Positions 56,077-63,563 of a stretch of DNA of 64,000 nucleotides are shown here, one piece after another (the first letter of the stretch is position 1; every line of letters starts with the position of its first letter). This DNA is from a virus: IMG/VR virus record IMGVR_UViG_3300049979_000188; one strand, 5' to 3'. Below the pieces are notes generated by a model, which saw only the letters and a list, made by a program, of their open reading frames with translations, was not told the origin of the DNA and searched no databases. The translations under genes and the position numbers were made by a program.

Positions 56077-56658
56077 ATGAACCGCACCACTCCCCACCGC
56101 GTCACGCCCACGAGCCGCCTGCCCAAGCAGGGCGTGCTCCCGGCCCGAATCTACAACCAGGAAAAGCTGGCCGAATGGTACCGAGCTTGCGGGGCTATGC
56201 GCGGGGACGACCGTGAGCCCGTGCTGAGTACGTACGTATTTTGCAGCTTTCGCACGGGCAAGCCCTACGCCAGCGGCTACATTGCCTTTTTCAACGGCAC
56301 GGCCAGCCGCCACCGCCGCCTGAGCGACGCGCTGGCTATGCTCGTGCAACTGGAAGAGAACTACCATCTCTACTTTGCCACCAAGCAGCGGCGGCTGCAA
56401 GACCTGAGCTTTGACCCCAAAACCCGCGAGCAAACCGACCGGGAATTGCAAGCTGCCATTGACGGGGAAGAAAACGGGTGGAGCGACCTACTACGCTACC
56501 AGCGCGAGCAACACCCCGAGGGCAAGCTCGGGGGCTGGCGTGGCGACAAGGAACGGGCGGCCCGGGCCCGTGCCAACCGCAAGGAGGAACCCGTCCGTAT
56601 CGGCCGCCACAAGCCCGGTACCTGGATAGACCAGGATGGACACTTTCGCCAACTATAA
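56077..56658 (+). CDS. Hypothetical basic protein, leaderless
   Basis: ATG directly after CGTAAAAGGACC. Confidence 0.8.
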   Translation: MNRTTPHRVTPTSRLPKQGVLPARIYNQEKLAEWYRACGAMRGDDREPVLSTYVFCSFRTGKPYASGYIAFFNGTASRHRRLSDALAMLVQLEENYHLYFATKQRRLQDLSFDPKTREQTDRELQAAIDGEENGWSDLLRYQREQHPEGKLGGWRGDKERAARARANRKEEPVRIGRHKPGTWIDQDGHFRQL

Positions 56659-56739
56659 AAGAGAACCCCGACCCTAAAAAAGTCGGGGTTTTTCTTACGT
56701 AAATGTAACCTTTTCCCAGGGTTCGGCGTAAAAGGACGC

Positions 56740-57363
56740 ATGAAGCACGAGCTGACAACCCCCGAGAGTCTCAACGCCCACATTGATACGCTAGTCGAAC
56801 TGGTGCAGGTGCTGCCCCTGACGGGCGTGAGCATCCTGACCGGCGGCAACGGCCGGGGCAAGAGCCTGGTGCGCCAGCAACTGGTGCACCCCACCAAAAA
56901 GGCCGGCCTACGCCTGGCCTCCACGTCGCTGGAAAAGCGCACCAGCAGCAACCCCGACCTGGGTTGCCTGAGCGGCATGAACCGCGACCTGGCCTGGCTG
57001 CCGAGCTCGGTGGCCACCCTCGACCAGGTAGAGGGCGTGCTTAAGGCCCGCTACGGCGTGCCCACCTACGTGGTAATTGACGAGCCCGAGCTGGGCATGG
57101 GCGAGGAAACGGTGCTGGCCCTGGGCACCTACCTCACGCAGCTGCTGGCCGAGCGGCCCGAGGCCATCGTGGGCGTGCTCATTATCACGCATAGCCGCCA
57201 GCTCGTGGCCTCACTGGCCTACGACAACTTCTACAACCTGGACGGGTACGAAACCGCCCAGCAGTGGCTCACGCGCCCCGTAGTGGCCGCCGACCTGGCC
57301 GCCCTGCGCCTGAACGCGCTGAGCGATGCGATTCAGGCCCGCAGCCGCCAGGTAGAAATGTAA
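56740..57363 (+). CDS. Small P-loop ATPase (ABC/AAA_21-like), leaderless
   Basis: Walker A GGNGRGKS, Walker B VVIDEPELG, IITHS. Confidence 0.85.
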   Translation: MKHELTTPESLNAHIDTLVELVQVLPLTGVSILTGGNGRGKSLVRQQLVHPTKKAGLRLASTSLEKRTSSNPDLGCLSGMNRDLAWLPSSVATLDQVEGVLKARYGVPTYVVIDEPELGMGEETVLALGTYLTQLLAERPEAIVGVLIITHSRQLVASLAYDNFYNLDGYETAQQWLTRPVVAADLAALRLNALSDAIQARSRQVEM

Positions 57364-57457
57364 AAAAAAAGCCCTGGGAGCGTAACCTTCTCCCAGGGCT
57401 CGCGTAAAAGGACATGTAAGCCACAACGGAGTGGCTTATACTAGCAGTTTTCACATC

Positions 57458-57733
57458 ATGGGACCATACGCCATCACCATCAACCGCAAGAAAGAGGTGG
57501 TAAACATTCCCTTCACTAAAACCATCGAAGATGGCCCGCTCACGGTGAAGCAACTGGCGAAAATAGCCGGGGAGCACCCCTTCGACGTAGAGCAGGATAA
57601 CTATGACCGCTACGTGGTCAAGGTCCACGCTACACGCCTGGAAACCGACCTGGAGCAAGCCGCACGCGTGGCTAAGGAAGAGGCGTATATGGTAGAGTAC
57701 AAGCGTCGGAAAAATAATCAGACGAAAGCGTAA
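57458..57733 (+). CDS. Hypothetical cassette protein
   Basis: Start reset to MGPYAI. Confidence 0.8.
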   Translation: MGPYAITINRKKEVVNIPFTKTIEDGPLTVKQLAKIAGEHPFDVEQDNYDRYVVKVHATRLETDLEQAARVAKEEAYMVEYKRRKNNQTKA

Positions 57734-57804
57734 CCTTTCCCCCGAGCCCTGCGTAAAAGGACAACCAGCGGGCTCAGTTGCCCGCTGGCTAACTCCCTCC
57801 CCCG

Positions 57805-57873
57805 ATGACTCAGCAACAAGCTGCCGACCTGGCCACCGCCAAGCTCGCGAAAAATAAATTGGTTTACATGTAA
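57805..57873 (+). CDS. 22-aa micropeptide MTQQQAADLATAKLAKNKLVYM
   Basis: Hand-translated; own promoter at 57730, 9-bp leader hairpin with loop TCAGTT; stop is in the next -35 box. Confidence 0.55.
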   Translation: MTQQQAADLATAKLAKNKLVYM

Positions 57874-57942
57874 CCTTGCCTAAGGCTAGCACGTAAAAGG
57901 AGTATTACCGGCAACGGAGCCCGTAATACTCCTTTCTAGCCC

Positions 57943-58209
57943 ATGAACCTCTCCCCCGCCCTGCCTGCTACCGGCTGCCTGACTACCCGCGCTTTTCACA
58001 AGCTGCAACAGGCCCACTACGACCAGGCCTGCGTCACGGCCCGCCAGAACCAGCAGCCAGCCCCCTACCAGTGGGACTACTTTTTCGGGAACCGCTTCAC
58101 CAATAAGCCCAAGCAAAACGGGTACGTGGCCTGGAGCCCGCGCAGCATCGTCCGCGCCCCGCAAAAGGAGCGGGCGCTCAACGCGATAAAGCCGCTGGGT
58201 ACCCGGTAA
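57943..58209 (+). CDS. Hypothetical cassette protein
   Basis: Own promoter and AACGGA leader. Confidence 0.8.
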   Translation: MNLSPALPATGCLTTRAFHKLQQAHYDQACVTARQNQQPAPYQWDYFFGNRFTNKPKQNGYVAWSPRSIVRAPQKERALNAIKPLGTR

Positions 58210-58296
58210 AAAAAGGAAAAAAAGTTGGTTGGTTTCTGTAACCTTTCCGCCAGCCCGGCGTAAAAGGATGTAGAAACCAACCAAACCCCTTTTCTC

Positions 58297-58872
58297 ATGT
58301 ACGAAACCCTTGCCGCCACCGCCCTCGCCGCCAACGCTAAAGAAGCCCTGGCCCACACCCTGACTAACGAGGCCCTGGTGGCCTTCCTTTTCGGGGGTAA
58401 GGCCATCTTCACCCTCTTTAACGAGCAGACGCTCACGCGCTACACCTACCTGGTCGAAAAAAAGGGGTTTGTCTTTCAGGATGCCACTACCGGGCGCGAC
58501 GTAAAGGGCACCCGCTACTGGGTTAACCTGCTCACCGGTCCCCATAATACGAAGGACTACACCTACCTGGGTTGCCTTAAAAACGAGACGGAACGCACCT
58601 TTACCCTCTCGCCTAAGTCCCGGGTAGGGGACGCGGATTTACCCAGCGTACAGGCCATTTCCTGGCTGCTCAAGCGCATCGAAGATTACGAAAAAGGCCA
58701 GCGGGAGGACGTAACGGGCGGCCCGCTCAAGTTCTACCACGCAGGCCGCTGCGGACGCTGTGGGGCGGCGCTAACGGTGCCCGAATCCATCGAAAACGGC
58801 CTCGGCCCTGAATGCACCAAGTACGTGGGCAAGGGCATCGAAAAAAAGGTGCGCCACAAACAGCTTAGCTAA
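58297..58872 (+). CDS. DUF6011-like Zn-finger protein
   Basis: GRCGRCGAALTVPESIENGLGPEC; AGAAACCAAC leader. Confidence 0.8.
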   Translation: MYETLAATALAANAKEALAHTLTNEALVAFLFGGKAIFTLFNEQTLTRYTYLVEKKGFVFQDATTGRDVKGTRYWVNLLTGPHNTKDYTYLGCLKNETERTFTLSPKSRVGDADLPSVQAISWLLKRIEDYEKGQREDVTGGPLKFYHAGRCGRCGAALTVPESIENGLGPECTKYVGKGIEKKVRHKQLS

Positions 58873-58993
58873 GTAAAAAAAGCCCCGACTACTCGGGGCT
58901 TTTTTTTTGTCTATCATGTAACCTTTCCCCAGGGCTCGACGTAAAAGGACATGTAAGCAGCAACGGAGCTGCTCACCCAACCCCTCCCCAACC

Positions 58994-59296
58994 ATGCGTA
59001 CCTTGTTCACCGCCGCCCTGCTGTTTGCCGCCACCTTCACCGCCTCGGCCGCTACGCCCCTCTCAACGCCCGAGCGCGAGGCCCTCACGCAAATTACGGT
59101 GCAGTACAAGCTCAGCGCCTGCCAGGCCCAGGACGTGCTCCCGCTCGTGCAAGCCTACGTGGCCCAGCGGGCCGAGCTCGTGGCCGCCATCTGTGGCCAG
59201 GGCAGCGAGGCCAGCCACCAGGCCCAGCTTAACGCCCTGCACGCCCGCTTTCAGCAGCGCCTGCACCAACTGCTCAAAGCTTGCCCCGAGCGCTAG
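58994..59296 (+). CDS. Small secreted helical protein
   Basis: Signal peptide MRTLFTAALLFAATFTASA-A. Confidence 0.8.
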   Translation: MRTLFTAALLFAATFTASAATPLSTPEREALTQITVQYKLSACQAQDVLPLVQAYVAQRAELVAAICGQGSEASHQAQLNALHARFQQRLHQLLKACPER

Positions 59297-59406
59297 GCAG
59301 CCGCCAGAAATACCCGCCTCATCAGCGGGTATTTTTTTAGGGTAAACGTAACCTTTGGGCCGGGCTCCGCGTAAAAGGAGGCAGAAACCAACTAACCCCT
59401 TTTTGT

Positions 59407-59763
59407 ATGTCAATCACTTCTGAGATGAGCCGCCTGGGCATACCCGGTAAAGAAAAGAGCACCACCAACGCCTGGGGCTTCGCCGGTTGGTCCGGCAAGG
59501 AATACCGGCTACCCAACGGGGCGCTGCTTTGCCAGGGACGCTACTTCTACCGCCACGCCAACCCCACCGCCTACCTGCGTCTCTACCTGCCCACGCCGGA
59601 GGGCGAGCAGCAGCCGAGCCCGCTAAGCAGCAAAACCAAAATACTGGCCTACCTGCAAGCCCTACCCGTGCCGGAGGCCGTCGTAGAGGCCCGCCTGCTG
59701 GCTGAGGCCATCGCCCTCACCAAGCCCGCCCGTCAGACGTTTACCCAGGGCCGGCTGTTCTAA
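59407..59763 (+). CDS. Hypothetical cassette protein
   Basis: Own promoter, AGAAACCAAC leader. Confidence 0.85.
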   Translation: MSITSEMSRLGIPGKEKSTTNAWGFAGWSGKEYRLPNGALLCQGRYFYRHANPTAYLRLYLPTPEGEQQPSPLSSKTKILAYLQALPVPEAVVEARLLAEAIALTKPARQTFTQGRLF

Positions 59764-59886
59764 CCACTAGCCCCGGCTTAAAAAATAAGTCGGGGTTTTT
59801 TTCTCCCCTAACGTAACCTTTCCCGCGAGTCCTGCGTAAAAGGACATGTAACCGCAACGGAGCGGTTGCCCTTACCTCTACCTGTT

Positions 59887-60270
59887 ATGCCTACTACCAT
59901 CGCTCAAATCCGCGCCCACAACACCCGCGTGGGCCACTGCTTCTTTAGCCGCCAAACCATGCGCATGTGGGGCAGCAAGGTGCTGGCCACCGTCAACCAG
60001 GGGCCGGGCGGCATCTACTTCGTCACCAGCGAAGACAACTACAACAAGACGCGTCGCGAGTTCAGCGTGCGCCGCTATGACCCCGAGACGGGCGACGTGC
60101 GCACCGCTTTCTACGGCAAGCCCTACGAGTCCAAACGTTACTCCACCCCGCAGCAGGCGCGCAGCGTGGCCACCATCCTGGCCCAGTTCGGGGAGCCCAC
60201 CACGGCCCCGGTGGAGCCGGAAGGGGAAAGCTACCCGCTGGGTCACATGCAAGGACGCGGGGCCGCCTAG
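59887..60270 (+). CDS. Conserved phage hypothetical protein
   Basis: Start reset to MPTTIAQ; HCFFSRQTMRMWGS...YFVTSE motif. Confidence 0.85.
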   Translation: MPTTIAQIRAHNTRVGHCFFSRQTMRMWGSKVLATVNQGPGGIYFVTSEDNYNKTRREFSVRRYDPETGDVRTAFYGKPYESKRYSTPQQARSVATILAQFGEPTTAPVEPEGESYPLGHMQGRGAA

Positions 60271-60394
60271 CCGCCTAAAAAACCCCATCAAAAAAAGATG
60301 GGGTTTTTTCTTCCTCGCTTGTAACCTTTCCCTACTCACCCCGTAAAAGGACTCACCAGCGGCAACGGAGCCGCTCGTAAATTTCCCTCTTCCT

Positions 60395-60736
60395 ATGGCA
60401 ACCACCACTGCCCCCGCCCCCACTACTACGGTCGATTTGCGCGACCTCGATGCCACGCTGGCCGTGCTCACCAAAGGGCTCAAGAAAAGCCGTAACTGCT
60501 TGGTGACGCGCTACGGCAACGAGCTGCTCGTCTACTTCTACAACACGGCCATTGCCAAGGTCGTAGGCGGGCAGCTTTTCCTCTTTAACGGCGGCTTTGA
60601 AACCGTCGTTACCAAGGACCGCCTTAACAAGGTGCTGGAGGTGCTGGGCTCCCCCATCCGCGTCTATAGCCAGAACTACGACTGGCACCTCTCGCCCCAG
60701 GGTACCCGGTTCCAAGAAGGGGTGCAGGTAGCGTAA
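60395..60736 (+). CDS. Conserved phage hypothetical protein
   Basis: Own promoter and leader; GGFETVVTKDRLN motif. Confidence 0.85.
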   Translation: MATTTAPAPTTTVDLRDLDATLAVLTKGLKKSRNCLVTRYGNELLVYFYNTAIAKVVGGQLFLFNGGFETVVTKDRLNKVLEVLGSPIRVYSQNYDWHLSPQGTRFQEGVQVA

Positions 60737-60785
60737 AAAAAGTCCCGGCCAGTAACGAACCGGGGCTTTTTTACGTAGCCTGGGC

Positions 60786-61202
60786 ATGTTTACTACTTCC
60801 ATCCCTTTCCCGGCCCTTACCCTGCTACGGCAGGCAGCCACGGCCGAGGGCGTGCCCGTTACGGCCTACACGCTCACCAGCCAGTTAATGGTTCTTAACA
60901 GCCTCGTAGACGCTGGCCTGGCCCAGGCTACCAGCAGCGACGGCAAGGCCGGCTACAAGGCAACAACTACTGGCCTGGCTGAGCTGGCCCGCCTCGACGT
61001 GCTACAGGATGGGGCAACGCTCATCAGCGCCACCGGCCCGGTAATGCCCGTAACAGCCCCGCCAGCCGCTCCCACGCCGCCGCCTACCCCTACGCCAGCC
61101 GCCGTAGTTACGGAAGGCGTAAACGAAGCGGACGAGGCACCCGGCGAAGAAGCCCCGGCCGCCGAGCAGGAATCGGATGAGCCCGAAGAGCCCACCAAGT
61201 AA
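60786..61202 (+). CDS. Hypothetical protein with Pro/acidic low-complexity tail, near-leaderless
   Basis: Class-B promoter at 60752. Confidence 0.8.
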   Translation: MFTTSIPFPALTLLRQAATAEGVPVTAYTLTSQLMVLNSLVDAGLAQATSSDGKAGYKATTTGLAELARLDVLQDGATLISATGPVMPVTAPPAAPTPPPTPTPAAVVTEGVNEADEAPGEEAPAAEQESDEPEEPTK

Positions 61203-61328
61203 CCCCCCTAAAAGCCCTGACGCAAAAAAAGTCAGGGCTTTTTTACGTCTAACTGTAACCTTTCCCCAGGGGTCCGCGTAAAAGGACTCATGCAGCGCAA
61301 CGGAGCGCTGCCCCTTTTACTACCCCCC

Positions 61329-61649
61329 ATGAAAAGTCTGGCCACCAAGACCCGCAACGCTATCACCAAGGAAATTAAAGAACTTGGTACTTACCACACG
61401 AGCGTACCAGTGACGGCTTTGCTTATGTCCTTGAAGCTGCACGGAGTGGTGGCCTTGGACGAAGACAATACCGAGTGGCGTGGCTTTGTAATGGGTGAGA
61501 ACAGCAGCACCATTCTGCGCCTAGCCGAGTTGTCCACCGCCTACCAGCACGCCAGCGGTGTAACGATGTACCAGCCCCTGCGTACGGCCCTGGCTTTGCA
61601 GTGGTACAAAATCAGCACCAAGTTTGAAATCAACGCGTACCTCAGCTAA
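61329..61649 (+). CDS. Hypothetical cassette protein
   Basis: Start reset to MKSLAT. Confidence 0.8.
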   Translation: MKSLATKTRNAITKEIKELGTYHTSVPVTALLMSLKLHGVVALDEDNTEWRGFVMGENSSTILRLAELSTAYQHASGVTMYQPLRTALALQWYKISTKFEINAYLS

Positions 61650-61768
61650 CCAGATTGGCCCCACGAAAATGGGGCCATCTTTTTTTCAGTTATTTCGTAA
61701 CCTTTTCCCAGGGCTCGCCGTAAAAGGAGTATGCAGCGCAACGGAGCACTGCTAAAAATTCCCCCAAT

Positions 61769-62242
61769 ATGTCAGCTACCACCACCGCCGCCCAAGACCA
61801 GCTCGCCGCTCAGCACCGCCAGGCCGCCCGCAACAACCAGACCTATACCGACCTGGCGGCCAAGCGTCTCAAGGGCCACGGCCTGACCCTGACGGACGGA
61901 GCCTATCAACAATCGGCTGAGGGCGTACTCAACAACCTACTCTACCGGGCCGTACGGGATGCAAACGCCGCCCACATGGCCGGTACCGACTGGATTGAAT
62001 CGTACGATGCCCCGCGCCCGGGCCTGCTGGCCGGAGTTGTAATCGCCCGCCTCTACAACGGGGTAGACGAAGTACTGCGCCAGCAAAAGCAATACAACGG
62101 CCAGCCCATGAAAATCGCCGAGCTCCAAAAGCTGCTCGACCTGCTGGCCCCACTGGCCGCCAGCCTGGACCCGCGCCAGGAAAGCATCGAGTCCACCCTG
62201 CGCGAAACCGAGTACCAAGCCAAGCTACGCAGCGAAGACTAA
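61769..62242 (+). CDS. Hypothetical helical cassette protein
   Basis: Own promoter and AACGGA leader. Confidence 0.85.
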   Translation: MSATTTAAQDQLAAQHRQAARNNQTYTDLAAKRLKGHGLTLTDGAYQQSAEGVLNNLLYRAVRDANAAHMAGTDWIESYDAPRPGLLAGVVIARLYNGVDEVLRQQKQYNGQPMKIAELQKLLDLLAPLAASLDPRQESIESTLRETEYQAKLRSED

Positions 62243-62368
62243 GTACCTACCAGCCCCGACCACTAAGTCGGGGCTTTTTTTTTATCTTTATACGTAACCT
62301 TTCCCAAAGGCTCCACGTATAAGGACCATGCCGCGCAACGGAGCCCGGCCCTCTTACTTTCCCCTACC

Positions 62369-63070
62369 ATGTTGTCTGCCGAAATCGCTACCGTTCGCCT
62401 CGCCCTGCTCGCTGCTGGCATTACCTCTACTACGGTACTAGCCAGCTATACCCACCTCACGCAGACCGAACAGCTACAAACTTACGAAGTAGCGGCCTGG
62501 TACACGCGTTACGAGTTGCCGGCCGGGCAAACCGTGCCCGTGTACGCGCAGCTAGAAGAGACCTACCGTAAGGGTATGCCCGCGCTCTTCTACTCGGCTA
62601 CGCTAGCCGCCGTGCAGGTCGAAGACCATTGCCCCAGCCTCTTTGGTGGCTGCCCTGTCCCTGGTAGTGCACCTAAAGTACCTACTGGTCCCGTCGCTAC
62701 TACGCGTACTATCGGCGGACACGGTACCCACTTCCCCCATTTTGCCGCTCAGCCAGGCGTGGTACTTACGCCCGAGGGCGAGCTGTTCCTGGCCCTGGTG
62801 CAACCCCTCTACGACGCGTATCTGGCCGACGTGGCGGCTCGCCAGGCGCGTATCGAGGCCCAGGCTGCCCTGGAGGCCCAACAGCTCCTGGAGGCGCGTA
62901 AACCGGCTTCTGGTGACCGTGTGCGGGTATACCATTGCGGCAAGGGTAGTAACGCCACGGTAGAGCGCTACGATGCGGGGTCTAAGTACTGCCACGTACG
63001 CACCGACCACGGCACTACTAGTATGCCCGATGTGATAAGCCTGGTTTACCTGGATGAGGTGCCCGCTTAA
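62369..63070 (+). CDS. Hypothetical cassette protein, possible C-terminal SH3/KOW-like fold
   Basis: Own promoter and leader; GDRVRVYH...ATVERYD...CHVRTD. Confidence 0.8.
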   Translation: MLSAEIATVRLALLAAGITSTTVLASYTHLTQTEQLQTYEVAAWYTRYELPAGQTVPVYAQLEETYRKGMPALFYSATLAAVQVEDHCPSLFGGCPVPGSAPKVPTGPVATTRTIGGHGTHFPHFAAQPGVVLTPEGELFLALVQPLYDAYLADVAARQARIEAQAALEAQQLLEARKPASGDRVRVYHCGKGSNATVERYDAGSKYCHVRTDHGTTSMPDVISLVYLDEVPA

Positions 63071-63163
63071 TTTTTTTTTACGTGGAGCCCGTAACCTTTT
63101 CTCAGGGCTCCACGTAAAAGGAGTATGCAGCGCAACGGAGCGCTCCTAAAAACCTCCTTTACC

Positions 63164-63445
63164 ATGTCAGTTACCACCACCACCAAAACCTGGGACCAAG
63201 CTTACAACGATTACGAGAACCTGCACCCCAACGGCCACGTAGGCTACGCCTACGAGCAACCCGGCGACAAGTGGCCCCTGGCCACCGTAGCCCTGCACAA
63301 TGCCACGCCCGAGGAAGCCGCCATCTGCGCCGAGGCCCTGGCCCACGGCGTGAACTGGGAGGCCTGGCCCGTCCACTTCACGCAGCTCAGCCACTGGGGC
63401 GGCGGCCCGCGCAAGAGCCCAACCAGCAACTACACCGGCAACTAA
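63164..63445 (+). CDS. Hypothetical cassette protein
   Basis: Start reset to MSVTT. Confidence 0.8.
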   Translation: MSVTTTTKTWDQAYNDYENLHPNGHVGYAYEQPGDKWPLATVALHNATPEEAAICAEALAHGVNWEAWPVHFTQLSHWGGGPRKSPTSNYTGN

Positions 63446-63563
63446 GAGAAGTCCCGACCCTAAAAAGTCGGGACTTTTTTATCTTTTTTTGTAACCTTAC
63501 GAGTGGACCCTGCGTATAAAGACCATGCAGCGCAACGGAGCGCCGCCCAAAACTACCACCACC

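Larger units (their letters stand above)
27098..63480. terminator. Family of about 20 bidirectional terminators, consensus AAAAACCCTGAC-CCTAAAAAA-GTCAGGGTTTTTT
   Basis: Copies near 27098, 30430, 33421, 35714, 37910, 38654, 42805, 43348, 44641, 45103, 49170, 51740, 53356, 54576, 56660, 59768, 61210, 63450. Confidence 0.9.
25944..63520 (+). promoter_or_regulatory. Array of about 65 ECF-type promoters, class A consensus GTAACCTTT-N12/13-CGTAAAAGGA
   Basis: Counted by hand before nearly every ORF, e.g. 27143, 28096, 30476, 33467, 38699, 45146, 54621, 61255, 63491; spacer 17 (most) or 16. Confidence 0.9.
27180..63545 (+). promoter_or_regulatory. About 48 leader hairpins with invariant AACGGA loop
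   Basis: Stems differ but stay complementary (4-11 bp); loop ends 21-30 nt before the start codon. Confidence 0.9.

Noticed and set aside
27187-63540. GGAG in the hairpin as an ordinary Shine-Dalgarno site
   Set aside because: It is 20-29 nt from the start codon, far outside normal spacing, and partly paired in the stem.
50790-63563. Shared M(K/Q)RNGA N-terminus as a protein targeting signal
   Set aside because: It is the translation of the leader hairpin; the same DNA is out of frame or closed by a stop in other cassettes.
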